From the NCBI GenBank assembly GCA_038252755.1, contig JBBSAB010000066.1, positions 1 through 32,000 on the forward strand: a stretch of 32,000 nucleotides of DNA. The letters run 5' to 3'. The notes under the pieces were generated by a model. It was not told the DNA's origin. It worked only from the letters and a program-made list of their open reading frames with translations, and did not search any database. Within the stretch, counting starts at the first letter, position 1, and each line of letters starts with the position of its first letter. A program made the translations under genes and the position numbers. This stretch comes from Polyangiales bacterium (GTDB lineage Bacteria > Myxococcota_A > Polyangia > Polyangiales > Polyangiaceae). Below, piece by piece: positions 15,222 to 23,671 of the stretch.

Positions 15222-17651
15222 TTACGGCTGCTGCAGGACTGAGAGAATCGCTCGTGTACCCCGCAGCGAACGCTCGAAGAGCGAGGGGCGGTCGGGGTCC
15301 GCCACGATGGCCTCGAAGTCTTCCTGAGCCAAGCCGCGCGCAAGGCGGCTGGCAAAATTTTCGCGGAGTTGGCGGACGTAGTGCTCGGCGTCGTAGTCGC
15401 GCGGATCGGTCTGCGACCGCGCTGACGCGGTTCCAGTCTGGGCGTCTGCGTCGGCGCCGCTTTCATCGTCTTGCCAAAGCCCGGCGCGGCCCTGCGCGCG
15501 ACGGTAAACGTGAATGCGTTCGCCCGCGCTCCAGTGCTCGCGCCCGTTGGCCAGCAAGGCCTCGTACGGCAACTCTTGGCGCTGCGCGCGCGTGTTCAGG
15601 TACTGCTCGGGCGTCTTGGTCAAGCGCACGCGCGAGCAGACGTCGAAGGTCGGCAGCTGCCGACGGCGCAGCGACAGCAGCGTCGCGACATACGCGGCGC
15701 GCACGCCCGGCAAGTCATTTTCCAGCAGCCGATCGATCGCGCGTCGCAAAAATTCTTCACCGAACGGCTCGGCGCGGCTGGAGCGAAAAGCGACGCCGCG
15801 CAGCACGAGCGCCCCGGCATAAGATTTCAGTGCGTAGTTTTTCGGCTCGTGCGACAGCATCGCGCTGTAGCGCCCGTCGAACTGCAGCTCCACCAACGGC
15901 GGCAACTGCGCCGCGACCTCAGCGACGACGCGCTCTTCGTCGGCTGGGGCAAAGCCGTCCGGTACCGCAAAATAGACGCCGTCGGTGTCCGCTTCCAACA
16001 GCTGCACGCCCCGCCCCGCCAGCTCGCGGCACATGAACGACAACAACTCACGCCCGCGCGCCGTGATCTCATTCGCGGCGTGCACGTCGGCAAAACGCGT
16101 CAAACCAACCGCACCCAGGTAGCCATACGCCGAGTTGATCACCAATTTGATCGCGGCCGACACTGCCTCGAGCTGAAAACGTTCGCCGGAACCGGGCGCC
16201 GCCGCGCGCGCGTCGGCTTTGGCGCGCAACCGGCGTTCGACCAAACGATCGACAATCGCCAAAAACACGCCCAGCCGATCGCGACGCGGCCCAATCCGGT
16301 ATTGGCGCATCAACGACGGATACAGACTAGCGACGTCGGCTTTGACGATACGCTGCGCGACACCCGACGCGAACAAGTACAGCGCGGCGCCCTGATGCGG
16401 CGTTCCATCGCCACCTTCGTGCGCCGGCAACGCAGCTTTCGCGCGCAAATACGCGCGCACCAGCAGCGGATCGAGCACGCCCGTCGCAGCTCCCGCATCC
16501 GCGAGCCGTTCGTAGCGACGCGGCGCCATTTGACTCAGTGAGAACGCCGTACCGCCGAGCAAGCGCGCGACGCCCGCGGCCTCGTCGACGTCGTCGCCCG
16601 CGTAGCGCCGCACCCGCTCCGGATCGCTCAGGTAGGTTTCGTAAACGCGCGCGCCGGGGATGTATTCGCGCTCGTTGCTGGCCAAGCCGAAATGGCGCGC
16701 CACGACCTTCAGGCCGTGACCCGGCAAATCACGCGCCGAAAAATCGTGGCGCCGCACCGCGTCCATCGAGTCGAGCAGCTCGCGGCCCGGGAACGTGTAG
16801 CGCGCGCGCCGCAAGCGTTCGAGCCACGTCGCGCCGGCTTGGCCGAGCCGTGCGCCGCGCGACGCTGGCCGCAGTCGAAAGTCGACGTCAGCGCCGCGCC
16901 CCAGCACGATCCGCACGCGCAACCGCTCAGCCCGCCGCATCAAAAATGGCAGATCGAAGCCGTGCAGGTTGTGGTTCTCGATCACGTCCGGATCGTGAGC
17001 GACGATCCGCGCCGCCAGCCGCAGCAAGAGCTCGGCCTCGGCCGCGTCAGTATCGGCAGCCGCTTCCAACAGCTCGTGCTCGCCGCCAGGGCCCCGCACA
17101 GCCACCAGAAAAATCCGGTCGACGTCAGGATCCAAACCGGTGGTTTCGAGGTCGAATTGCAAGCGCCGAACGTCGTCGAATTCGAGCCCTTGAAAATACG
17201 TGCGCCCCGTCGCGACCAAGTACTGCTCCTCCGGCGGCAAGGACAACAACGCGTCGGCGCCCAGCTGGCGTACGTTGTCGACCGAGCGACCCAACCGTTG
17301 ACTCGCGCCGCGCGTGATCGCTGCGCGCAGTTGCCGCGCATCCGGCCCGCGCACGATGAAGCGCAAGCCGGAAGCACCTTCCAGCTCTTCGAAGGTGATC
17401 GCGTGTGGAGGCGCAGTGTCGGCGTGCGGTTGGAGACGCGCTCCCAAGTGCTGAAAATCGCCGAGCGAAGCCGCCAACAGCCACGGCCGGAAGCGTTCGA
17501 CCTCGCACACCAACATCTTCGTCTGCGGATTACGCCGCCAAACCCAAGCCCGCCCATCCGACTCGGCCCACACCGAAACGATACCGGGCGTCTTATCCCA
17601 GCCGTGCAGCCATTCGTCTTCGTCGAGCGTCAAGTCGCGGCAAAGTAGCAT
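15222..17651 (-). CDS. polB: family B DNA polymerase (Pol II-like) with 3'-5' exonuclease domain
   Basis: 809 aa. Exonuclease motifs: Exo I FDLETTGL, Exo II NHNLHGFDLPFL, Exo III YAGDDVDEA. Polymerase motifs: motif A DVASLYPSLM, motif B KLVINSAYGYLG, motif C LEADTDGVYF, and KNYAL (KxY). All catalytic acidic residues are present. Confidence 0.9.
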   Translation of the reverse strand: MLLCRDLTLDEDEWLHGWDKTPGIVSVWAESDGRAWVWRRNPQTKMLVCEVERFRPWLLAASLGDFQHLGARLQPHADTAPPHAITFEELEGASGLRFIVRGPDARQLRAAITRGASQRLGRSVDNVRQLGADALLSLPPEEQYLVATGRTYFQGLEFDDVRRLQFDLETTGLDPDVDRIFLVAVRGPGGEHELLEAAADTDAAEAELLLRLAARIVAHDPDVIENHNLHGFDLPFLMRRAERLRVRIVLGRGADVDFRLRPASRGARLGQAGATWLERLRRARYTFPGRELLDSMDAVRRHDFSARDLPGHGLKVVARHFGLASNEREYIPGARVYETYLSDPERVRRYAGDDVDEAAGVARLLGGTAFSLSQMAPRRYERLADAGAATGVLDPLLVRAYLRAKAALPAHEGGDGTPHQGAALYLFASGVAQRIVKADVASLYPSLMRQYRIGPRRDRLGVFLAIVDRLVERRLRAKADARAAAPGSGERFQLEAVSAAIKLVINSAYGYLGAVGLTRFADVHAANEITARGRELLSFMCRELAGRGVQLLEADTDGVYFAVPDGFAPADEERVVAEVAAQLPPLVELQFDGRYSAMLSHEPKNYALKSYAGALVLRGVAFRSSRAEPFGEEFLRRAIDRLLENDLPGVRAAYVATLLSLRRRQLPTFDVCSRVRLTKTPEQYLNTRAQRQELPYEALLANGREHWSAGERIHVYRRAQGRAGLWQDDESGADADAQTGTASARSQTDPRDYDAEHYVRQLRENFASRLARGLAQEDFEAIVADPDRPSLFERSLRGTRAILSVLQQP

Positions 17652-17798
17652 CGACCGCGCCGCGGGGCTCTCACGGCACGGTCCTCCGCCTCTTCAGCGC
17701 TCCCGATGCCGGCGCCGTCCGCTTCGCTCACGCTTCCGCTGGCATTGCCAACGTAAGCATCTGGCCCGCCCCGAGCGCGAAACCCTTTAACGCCGGAG

Positions 17799-18650
17799 TC
17801 AGCGATCGATCACGACCTCGAGATACTCGGCCGGAATTGCCAAGCTCTTTGATTTGGCCGGGCTGCGAAATTGCGCGACCAGCTCGCGCAGATCATCGGT
17901 CAGGCGCGCTTGGTGCTCCTGGTCGAGCGCCGCGTACGCCTTGTAGGTCGGGCCATAGTAGTCGCGGAAAATCTGGATGAAGTGCTCGAACGACTCGTAG
18001 CAGAAGACGAAGTCGCGGCGCCGGGTGTGAAACATCGCCACGTCGGGAAACAGCTCGCGCAGCCGCGATTCGTTGCCCCAATACACCGGCGAAGCGACGC
18101 CAACTGGCGGCGGCACGTGCTTGGCAACGGTAACCAGCATGCGACCGACAAAACCTTCCGGCGTCCAATTCGCCAGCGCGATCCTGCCGCCGCGGCGTAC
18201 GACTCGCGAAAGCTCGCGCGCCGCACGTTCTTGATCGGGGGCAAACATCACGCCAAACGTCGACAGCGCAGCGTCGAACGAATCCGCCGGAAACGGCAAT
18301 TGCTCGGCGTCGCCTTCGACGAAGTCGATCGAGAGCCGTTCCGCGGCCGCGCGTTCGCGCCCACGCTGTAAAAGCGCCGGCACGTAGTCCAGCCCGACTA
18401 CGCGACAGAACCGATGCGCCGCCGCCAAGGACGCGTTGCCGTTGCCGCAGGCGACATCGAGCACCTGCGAGCCGGCGTCGAGCTCGGCGGCTTCGCACAA
18501 GGTTTCGCCGACGATCTGCAGCGTCGTGCCGATCACCGCGAAGTCGCCTGACGCCCACATCACGCGTTGCCGTGCCTTGACGGCCGTCAAATCGACACCC
18601 ACGAGATGGAGTGGACGCGGGCTCGGAGGAAAATCCAAAATCGATGTCAT
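17799..18650 (-). CDS. class I SAM-dependent methyltransferase (Methyltransf_11-like)
   Basis: Motif I VLDVACGNGNASLAAA, then GLDYVPALL, FDAALSTFGVMF, RRGGRIALANW. I chose the ATG at 18650 (MTSILDF): GAAGGA lies ~9 nt upstream, and third-position GC in the 18651-18749 extension is only ~55%. The longest ORF reaches 18749. Confidence 0.85.
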   Translation of the reverse strand: MTSILDFPPSPRPLHLVGVDLTAVKARQRVMWASGDFAVIGTTLQIVGETLCEAAELDAGSQVLDVACGNGNASLAAAHRFCRVVGLDYVPALLQRGRERAAAERLSIDFVEGDAEQLPFPADSFDAALSTFGVMFAPDQERAARELSRVVRRGGRIALANWTPEGFVGRMLVTVAKHVPPPVGVASPVYWGNESRLRELFPDVAMFHTRRRDFVFCYESFEHFIQIFRDYYGPTYKAYAALDQEHQARLTDDLRELVAQFRSPAKSKSLAIPAEYLEVVIDR

Positions 18651-18830
18651 GCCTTCTGTTCCTTCTGCGGTTGCCGAGAGTGCATCGACCGCAGAAACGT
18701 TGTAGGGATTCGGCATCGGGCTTGGAATGATTCCCCATCGGATCAACATGACTCTGCGTCGGCTCGTTTCAGCTCACTTGATGCAAAGTCCGCCGCGCAT
18801 GACCGGGCGTCCGGAAAGGCCATTTTCCCC

Positions 18831-19793
18831 ATGATGGACACGCTTTCTGACGTGCTGCGCGCAGTCCGCCTGACCGGCGCAGTGTTCTTCGCTGTCGACG
18901 CCACCGCGCCGTGGGTCGCCGAGACACCGCAGGTCAGTGAGGTCGGCCCGCACATCATGCCGGGGGCCGAGCACGTCATCGCCTACCACGTCATCGCAGC
19001 TGGCACGTGCTGGGGCGGCTTGATCGACGAGCCCGCCGTCAAGCTCGAAGCCGGCGACATCATCGTGTTCCCGCAGGGCGACCGCCACGTCATCTCCAGC
19101 GCGCCCGGCATGCGCGGCGAGCCGCATATCGACGCTTTTCGCATGGTCAGCAACAGCCGCGTACCGCTCGCGGTGTCGATTCGCGGCGGCGCGTCCAAGC
19201 GCGAGCAGGTCATCTGCGGCTACCTCGGCTGCGACGCGCGTCCGTTCAATCCGCTGCTCGCTACGTTACCGCGCGTGATGGTCCTGAAGCCCGAGAGCGA
19301 AAGCGACGTCCTGCACCGATTGGTCGAGCTGGCCGTTGCTGAGTCGACTGCGCCGCGCGCCGGTGGCGACTGCGTGCTGTCGCGGGTCAGTGAGCTGCTG
19401 TTCGTGGAGGTCGTGCGGCGTTACGTGGCGCAATTGCCGCCGGAAGGCGTCGGCTGGTTCGCGGGTTTGCGCGACGAAAACATCGGCCGCGCGCTACAAA
19501 AGCTGCACGAGCGGCCCGCCCACGATTGGAGCCTGGACGAGCTCGCGAAAGAGTCGGGGCTGTCACGCTCGGTGTTGGCCGAACGCTTCGCGCACCTGGT
19601 CGGCATCCCGCCGATCCAATACTTGGCGCAGTGGCGGATTCAGCTCGCGGCCTCGCTCTTGCGCGGCGGCAAAGCCAGCCTTGCGGAAATCGCCGATCGC
19701 GTCGGCTACGGCTCCGAAGCCGCACTTAGTCGCGCCTTCAAACGCCAAGTCGGCGTCGCGCCCACCCACTACCGTCGTCGCGAAGTAGCCTGA
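18831..19793 (+). CDS. AraC family transcriptional regulator with N-terminal cupin-type sensor domain
   Basis: Starts MMDTLSDVLRAVRLTGAVFF (typical of cupin_6/AraC_binding_2 regulators). C-terminal double HTH: LDELAKESGLSRSVLAERFAHLVGIPPIQYL and IADRVGYGSEAALSRAFKRQVGVAPTHYRR. Divergent from the methyltransferase gene. Confidence 0.85.
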   Translation: MMDTLSDVLRAVRLTGAVFFAVDATAPWVAETPQVSEVGPHIMPGAEHVIAYHVIAAGTCWGGLIDEPAVKLEAGDIIVFPQGDRHVISSAPGMRGEPHIDAFRMVSNSRVPLAVSIRGGASKREQVICGYLGCDARPFNPLLATLPRVMVLKPESESDVLHRLVELAVAESTAPRAGGDCVLSRVSELLFVEVVRRYVAQLPPEGVGWFAGLRDENIGRALQKLHERPAHDWSLDELAKESGLSRSVLAERFAHLVGIPPIQYLAQWRIQLAASLLRGGKASLAEIADRVGYGSEAALSRAFKRQVGVAPTHYRRREVA

Positions 19794-19967
19794 GCACGGA
19801 CGCGCGGTAGGCCGCGCCAGACCGCCAGTGCGCTTCTAGTGAACACGCGGCGCCGCGCGCATCCAAAGTAGTACACGGCGGACGCTGAATCATTCTCCGT
19901 GACGCGTGTGCGCACCACATTGGTTGTTCACTGTCGCGCTTGCCGCGCGCCACGAGGAGAACCAATC

Positions 19968-20399
19968 ATGGAAGAAACCGCATACAAGGGTCGCTGCTTC
20001 TGCGGCGCCGTGGAGCTCAAAGTTACAGGCAAACCCGCCGCAATGGGCTACTGCCACTGTGATTCGTGCCGTAAATGGTCAGCCGGACCCGTCAACGCCT
20101 TCACGCTGTGGGCACCACGCGCGGTCGTGGTCACGCGCGGCGCCGACCACGTCGCTTCGTTCAAGAAGACCGAGCGCAGCATCCGCAAGTGGTGCAAAGC
20201 CTGCGGCGGCCACCTGTTCACCGAACACCCCGGCTGGGGCCTAGTCGACGTCTACGCCGCCACCATCCCCGAGCTGAAGTTCGAGCCCATGCTCCACGTC
20301 AACTACGCCGACACCGTGCTCCGTCTCCACGACGGCTTGCCCAAACAGAACGACTTCCCCGCCGACATGGGCGGCACCGGCCACCTGCTCCCGGAGTAA
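19968..20399 (+). CDS. GFA family protein (glutathione-dependent formaldehyde-activating enzyme / CENP-V fold, Zn-Cys)
   Basis: MEETAYKGRCFCGAVELKV, CHCDSCRKWS and CKACGGHLF form the GFA Cys clusters. GAGGAGA RBS at 19954-19960. The longer ORF from 19899 lacks an RBS. Confidence 0.85.
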   Translation: MEETAYKGRCFCGAVELKVTGKPAAMGYCHCDSCRKWSAGPVNAFTLWAPRAVVVTRGADHVASFKKTERSIRKWCKACGGHLFTEHPGWGLVDVYAATIPELKFEPMLHVNYADTVLRLHDGLPKQNDFPADMGGTGHLLPE

Positions 20400-20405
20400 C
20401 GCCGC

Positions 20406-20443
20406 CTGCGAGGGGGGCTGCCAAACCGCAGCCCCCCTCGCAG
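20406..20443 (+). terminator. perfect 16-bp GC-rich hairpin 6 nt after the GFA stop (terminator or REP-like palindrome)
   Basis: CTGCGAGGGGGGCTGC (20406-20421), loop CAAACC, GCAGCCCCCCTCGCAG (20428-20443), exact complement. No U-tract follows. Its 17-nt core recurs at 12481-12497. Confidence 0.5.
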
Positions 20444-20679
20444 AAACTACCGTGGCGGAGCAGGGCCACTCTGTGCGCTCGAGATTTTTTCAGCCGCCCG
20501 ACCGAGAATCGCTATTTTTTCACGGTCCGCTGGGGTGCGAAACGCGATCCGATCGAAGTGCGGATACGAGCTGGCGTTTTCGAGCGCCAGCGCCAGCGTG
20601 CGTGCTCGTAGCGGCGTGACAGGCATGGCCGGAGGTTACCTCATTCGAGCGGCGCGTCTTTGCCCGAGACACCTTTCAC

Positions 20680-20696
20680 GCTCGGCCCAGCCGAGC
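20680..20696 (-). terminator. small stem-loop just after the 20703 gene stop (weak terminator candidate)
   Basis: GCTCGGC / GCCGAGC form a 7-bp stem with a 3-nt loop, 7 nt downstream (minus sense) of the TGA at 20703-20705. No U-tract. Confidence 0.3.
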
Positions 20697-20702
20697 CGCG
20701 CA

Positions 20703-22031
20703 TCAGTTGGCGACAGGGTTCTTCAGCTTGACGATTTTTGGCGAATAGAGCGCCATGTTCGCGACCTGTTTGGCGAGCACCAGGCTGTTGCAGGTGTAGC
20801 TGAAGAGCAAATCAGAGTCGGGGTTGGGGTTCGACTCGGCGTGCTCGATCGCGGCGTAACAGACGTTGTCCTTCTCGTACTCGGGCGAGCCGGACGTCAT
20901 CTCGGGCACTTGGTACACGTTGATCGGCTTGCTCCACGGCCCTTCGAGGGCCGGCGCGGTGCTGACCGCGACGTCCGCCGACGGCCAGCCGGTGGTGTTG
21001 GTGAACAGCACCAGCCACCTAGAGATCGAGGCCAGGTAGCGAAATGAGGTGCCGACATTTGCGGCGAATCCGAGCTTTTTCGCGGCCGCCGCGTCGAGCC
21101 CTGCCTTCCATTGGCCGTCGTTGGCCAGGTATTGCATCAGCGCGCTCGGCACTGCATCCGGCTTGATCAGCTGGTCGAGCGGCAAGCGTGTCACGATCGC
21201 TTGACCGGCGGACGTGGTGAACAGGTAGGCGTAGTTGCCGACCACGATCGTGCCCTTGCCGAGACCGGGGACGTTGGTCAATTCAAAATACTCAGCGTGC
21301 CAGGTGTTCGGCGGATCGAGCGGGTTCGAGACCCGCGCCAGCGTCGAGCCGATTTCGCTCGCGCCACCTTGCACGCGCGTCATGGCTTGGAACAGGAAGC
21401 CCTTGTAGAGGATTGGCTGCTGTGGCCAAAAGCGTTGGTTCGCAGCGCCGTCGCTCAAGATCGCGCGGTCGCCGGTCTCGCGCCAAAAGTAGTGGATCGA
21501 GCCCTTGCCCTGCGCGCAGGTCACCAGCGCATACGAGTTGGCGATCAGGCCTGCGCCTTCGCGCGTGGTCTGGCCGTGCTTGCCAATGAACGTGTCTTGA
21601 AAGGACCACAGCGCCACGCTGGGCGAGAGCAACGTCGAATAGGCGCTGTCGCCGCCGAGCCACGTGCCCAGCGTGGGCTCGTCTTGATACGGGAACGCCA
21701 GCGCACAACCCGTCAGGGTGGACTCGACCGGGCCAGTCCCACCGGCGCCAACGCCTGCGCCGCCGCCCACTGCCGAACCGCCGCTCGCCGTCGAGCCAGC
21801 GTCGGTCGCGGTGTTACCGCCCACGGCGCTGACGCCGCCCGAGCTGATAGCGCCGCCGCTTCCCCCAGCCGAGACCGAACCGGCCACGGCGCCGCTGCCT
21901 CCACTGCTCACGTCTCCACCCTGCGCAGCCGGCGTGCCTTGCTGAACGCCCGCGGCGTCTGTCGAACAACCGAGTACGGCGCCACCAAGCGCCGTAAAGG
22001 CAGTCATGACCAGGGCTGCACCAATCTTCAT
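20703..22031 (-). CDS. lipoprotein, putative beta-propeller glycosidase-like domain (DUF4185-like; family tentative)
   Basis: ATG at 22031 is preceded by TAGGAGACAG, a strong SD. Signal and lipobox MKIGAALVMTAFTALGGAVLGC, then a ~95-aa G/S/A linker. The globular domain has LGGDSAYSTLL...LWSFQDTFIG, reminiscent of GDxxY...W.FGDTF propeller families. The family call is from memory only. Confidence 0.7.
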   Translation of the reverse strand: MKIGAALVMTAFTALGGAVLGCSTDAAGVQQGTPAAQGGDVSSGGSGAVAGSVSAGGSGGAISSGGVSAVGGNTATDAGSTASGGSAVGGGAGVGAGGTGPVESTLTGCALAFPYQDEPTLGTWLGGDSAYSTLLSPSVALWSFQDTFIGKHGQTTREGAGLIANSYALVTCAQGKGSIHYFWRETGDRAILSDGAANQRFWPQQPILYKGFLFQAMTRVQGGASEIGSTLARVSNPLDPPNTWHAEYFELTNVPGLGKGTIVVGNYAYLFTTSAGQAIVTRLPLDQLIKPDAVPSALMQYLANDGQWKAGLDAAAAKKLGFAANVGTSFRYLASISRWLVLFTNTTGWPSADVAVSTAPALEGPWSKPINVYQVPEMTSGSPEYEKDNVCYAAIEHAESNPNPDSDLLFSYTCNSLVLAKQVANMALYSPKIVKLKNPVAN

Positions 22032-22162
22032 CTGTCTCCTAAGTCGCCGTTGGAACGCGCTACGGTTCACGAATCTAAGCCCGCCCAGCGGCGATCAAAG
22101 CGACTAGCTGAGCGCGTTGTTCAGTACCTCGCGAAAATCCCACCTTCCACGGCTAACTCCGT

Positions 22163-23671
22163 TCAACCCGTGTACGAGTCGTCTTGCTCGATGCGCGAGA
22201 GCACCCAGTCGAATTCGCCGGCGGTGACTTTGACGCGGCAGTATTCGCAGGTGCCGGCCATGCCGATGCGCAGCGCGGCGCCGCAGTTCGGGCAACTGAC
22301 ATCACCGCGCGACTGGCCGCGCCGCGCGGTACCACGGATCCAGGTCCAATACTCGGAGTACTGGCGCGGGCGGCTGCGGCTGCCGCTCCACAGTTTGCCG
22401 TCGTCGCCGATCGTGTAGTCGATGCTGGTCGCGAACATGCGCACCGTGACCGCGTCGTAGTGCTTGTCGCTGGTGACGTTGGCTAAATCGATGCGCAAGA
22501 TGCGCGCGTTTTCGGTCACGTTGCGGCAACGCGACGCCACGTACAGATCGATCCAGTACAGCATCGTCTGGAACAAATTGTCGGAGACGTACGGGCGAAT
22601 TTGCAGCGGATCCCGCCCGGACCAAGCGACTTGGAGTGCGCCGAACACGTGCGCCATGCGACTCGTCAAGCTCTGCCAGGTCAGGCTCGGATCGCGTTGC
22701 TGCAGCTCTTGAAAGCGCGCCGGCGCGCTGTTGTCGGCGATCGTCGGTAACTCCGTGCCGGTCTCGGCCACGTCGCTGGTCAACAGCGGGCCGCGCGGCT
22801 CGCGGTTCAGGTTCGAAAGCTCGGCGATCATCCAATCGAAGCGACCCAGGCCCACGTTTTGGCGACAGTAGCTGCACTCACTGCCACGCATCGACTCGAG
22901 CGGCGCGCCGCAGTTCGGACAATCGAGCTTGTGCGCGCGCGAGAACGGCCGCGACTTTGCCGTGTGCGATCGCGTGAGCACGAGCTGATCGACGACGTAA
23001 AACCGCTGCTGCTGGCCAGTCCGCGACAGCTCGACGAAATTGGCTTCAATCTCGAGCTCGACTCGAATCGTGCCTGAACCGAAGCCAGAAAAATCTTCGT
23101 AGCGCAGCGCACCGATCACGATGCCCTGCACGTCCGCCAAGCTCGGGTCGGCCAGCGCCGTGGCCAGGTTCGGCTCGAGGTACGCAGCCAGCGGTCCGGT
23201 GCCGATCGCGCGCGAACGCTGCACCGCCTGGTAGATCATGTAGACGAAGTCCTCGAACAGCACGAGCGAGAACTCGGGATCGACGCTGCGCAGCTCTTCG
23301 AGTTGCTTGCGCGGCTGCGAAGCCGCGCGCGTGGTCGTGGTCACGGTGGTTACGTCGGCCGTGGTCGTCGACCACGCTTTCATTCCGCGCTGAATCGCGG
23401 CGCGCACGATCATGCCCACGATTACCAGCAGCAACAGCGGTATCCCGACGCTCGGGTTCTCGATGCACAGGTAAATCAAGATCTCGAACAGCACGCCAGC
23501 GCCGTCGCCACCACCGCCACCACCACCACTGTGAGAGCTACCGCTCGAGCGCGAGCCACCGGAATATGAGTGCCCGCCGCCCGGACGCGCAAATGCAGCC
23601 GCAGCCAAGAGCACGCACGCCAGGGCGACTAGCCACGTCAGCCAACGGCGTCGCGTCGATCGCAACATCAC
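22163..23671 (-). CDS. membrane protein with two Tim44-like-domain + zinc-ribbon modules (family tentative)
   Basis: Signal peptide, a Gly/Ser/His low-complexity run (GGGHSYSGGSRSSGSSHSGGGGGGG) and one TM. Two similar modules follow, ending in CPNCGAPL..CSYCRQNV..FDWMIAEL and CPNCGAAL..CEYCRVKV..FDWVLSRI. The start is GTG 23671 or ATG 23668, overlapping the upstream stop. Confidence 0.75.
   Translation of the reverse strand: MMLRSTRRRWLTWLVALACVLLAAAAFARPGGGHSYSGGSRSSGSSHSGGGGGGGDGAGVLFEILIYLCIENPSVGIPLLLLVIVGMIVRAAIQRGMKAWSTTTADVTTVTTTTRAASQPRKQLEELRSVDPEFSLVLFEDFVYMIYQAVQRSRAIGTGPLAAYLEPNLATALADPSLADVQGIVIGALRYEDFSGFGSGTIRVELEIEANFVELSRTGQQQRFYVVDQLVLTRSHTAKSRPFSRAHKLDCPNCGAPLESMRGSECSYCRQNVGLGRFDWMIAELSNLNREPRGPLLTSDVAETGTELPTIADNSAPARFQELQQRDPSLTWQSLTSRMAHVFGALQVAWSGRDPLQIRPYVSDNLFQTMLYWIDLYVASRCRNVTENARILRIDLANVTSDKHYDAVTVRMFATSIDYTIGDDGKLWSGSRSRPRQYSEYWTWIRGTARRGQSRGDVSCPNCGAALRIGMAGTCEYCRVKVTAGEFDWVLSRIEQDDSYTG

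Noticed and set aside
15471-17648. Two long plus-strand ORFs (15471-16541, 16692-17648) antisense to polB
   Set aside because: Arg/Gln-rich with no motifs. The polB frame on the minus strand carries all exonuclease and polymerase motifs.
20485-20520. Two T6 runs (20485-20490, 20515-20520) in the 300-bp convergent intergenic region, considered as intrinsic terminators or an sRNA
   Set aside because: No convincing GC-rich stem immediately precedes either T-run (only a 5-bp GACCG/CGGTC pair). I cannot support a terminator or sRNA call from sequence alone.
21111-22418. 435-aa plus-strand ORF spanning the antisense of the 20703 lipoprotein gene and the next intergenic region
   Set aside because: Arg/Ala-rich off-frame product that crosses a gene boundary. 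It is an artefact of high-GC ORF persistence.
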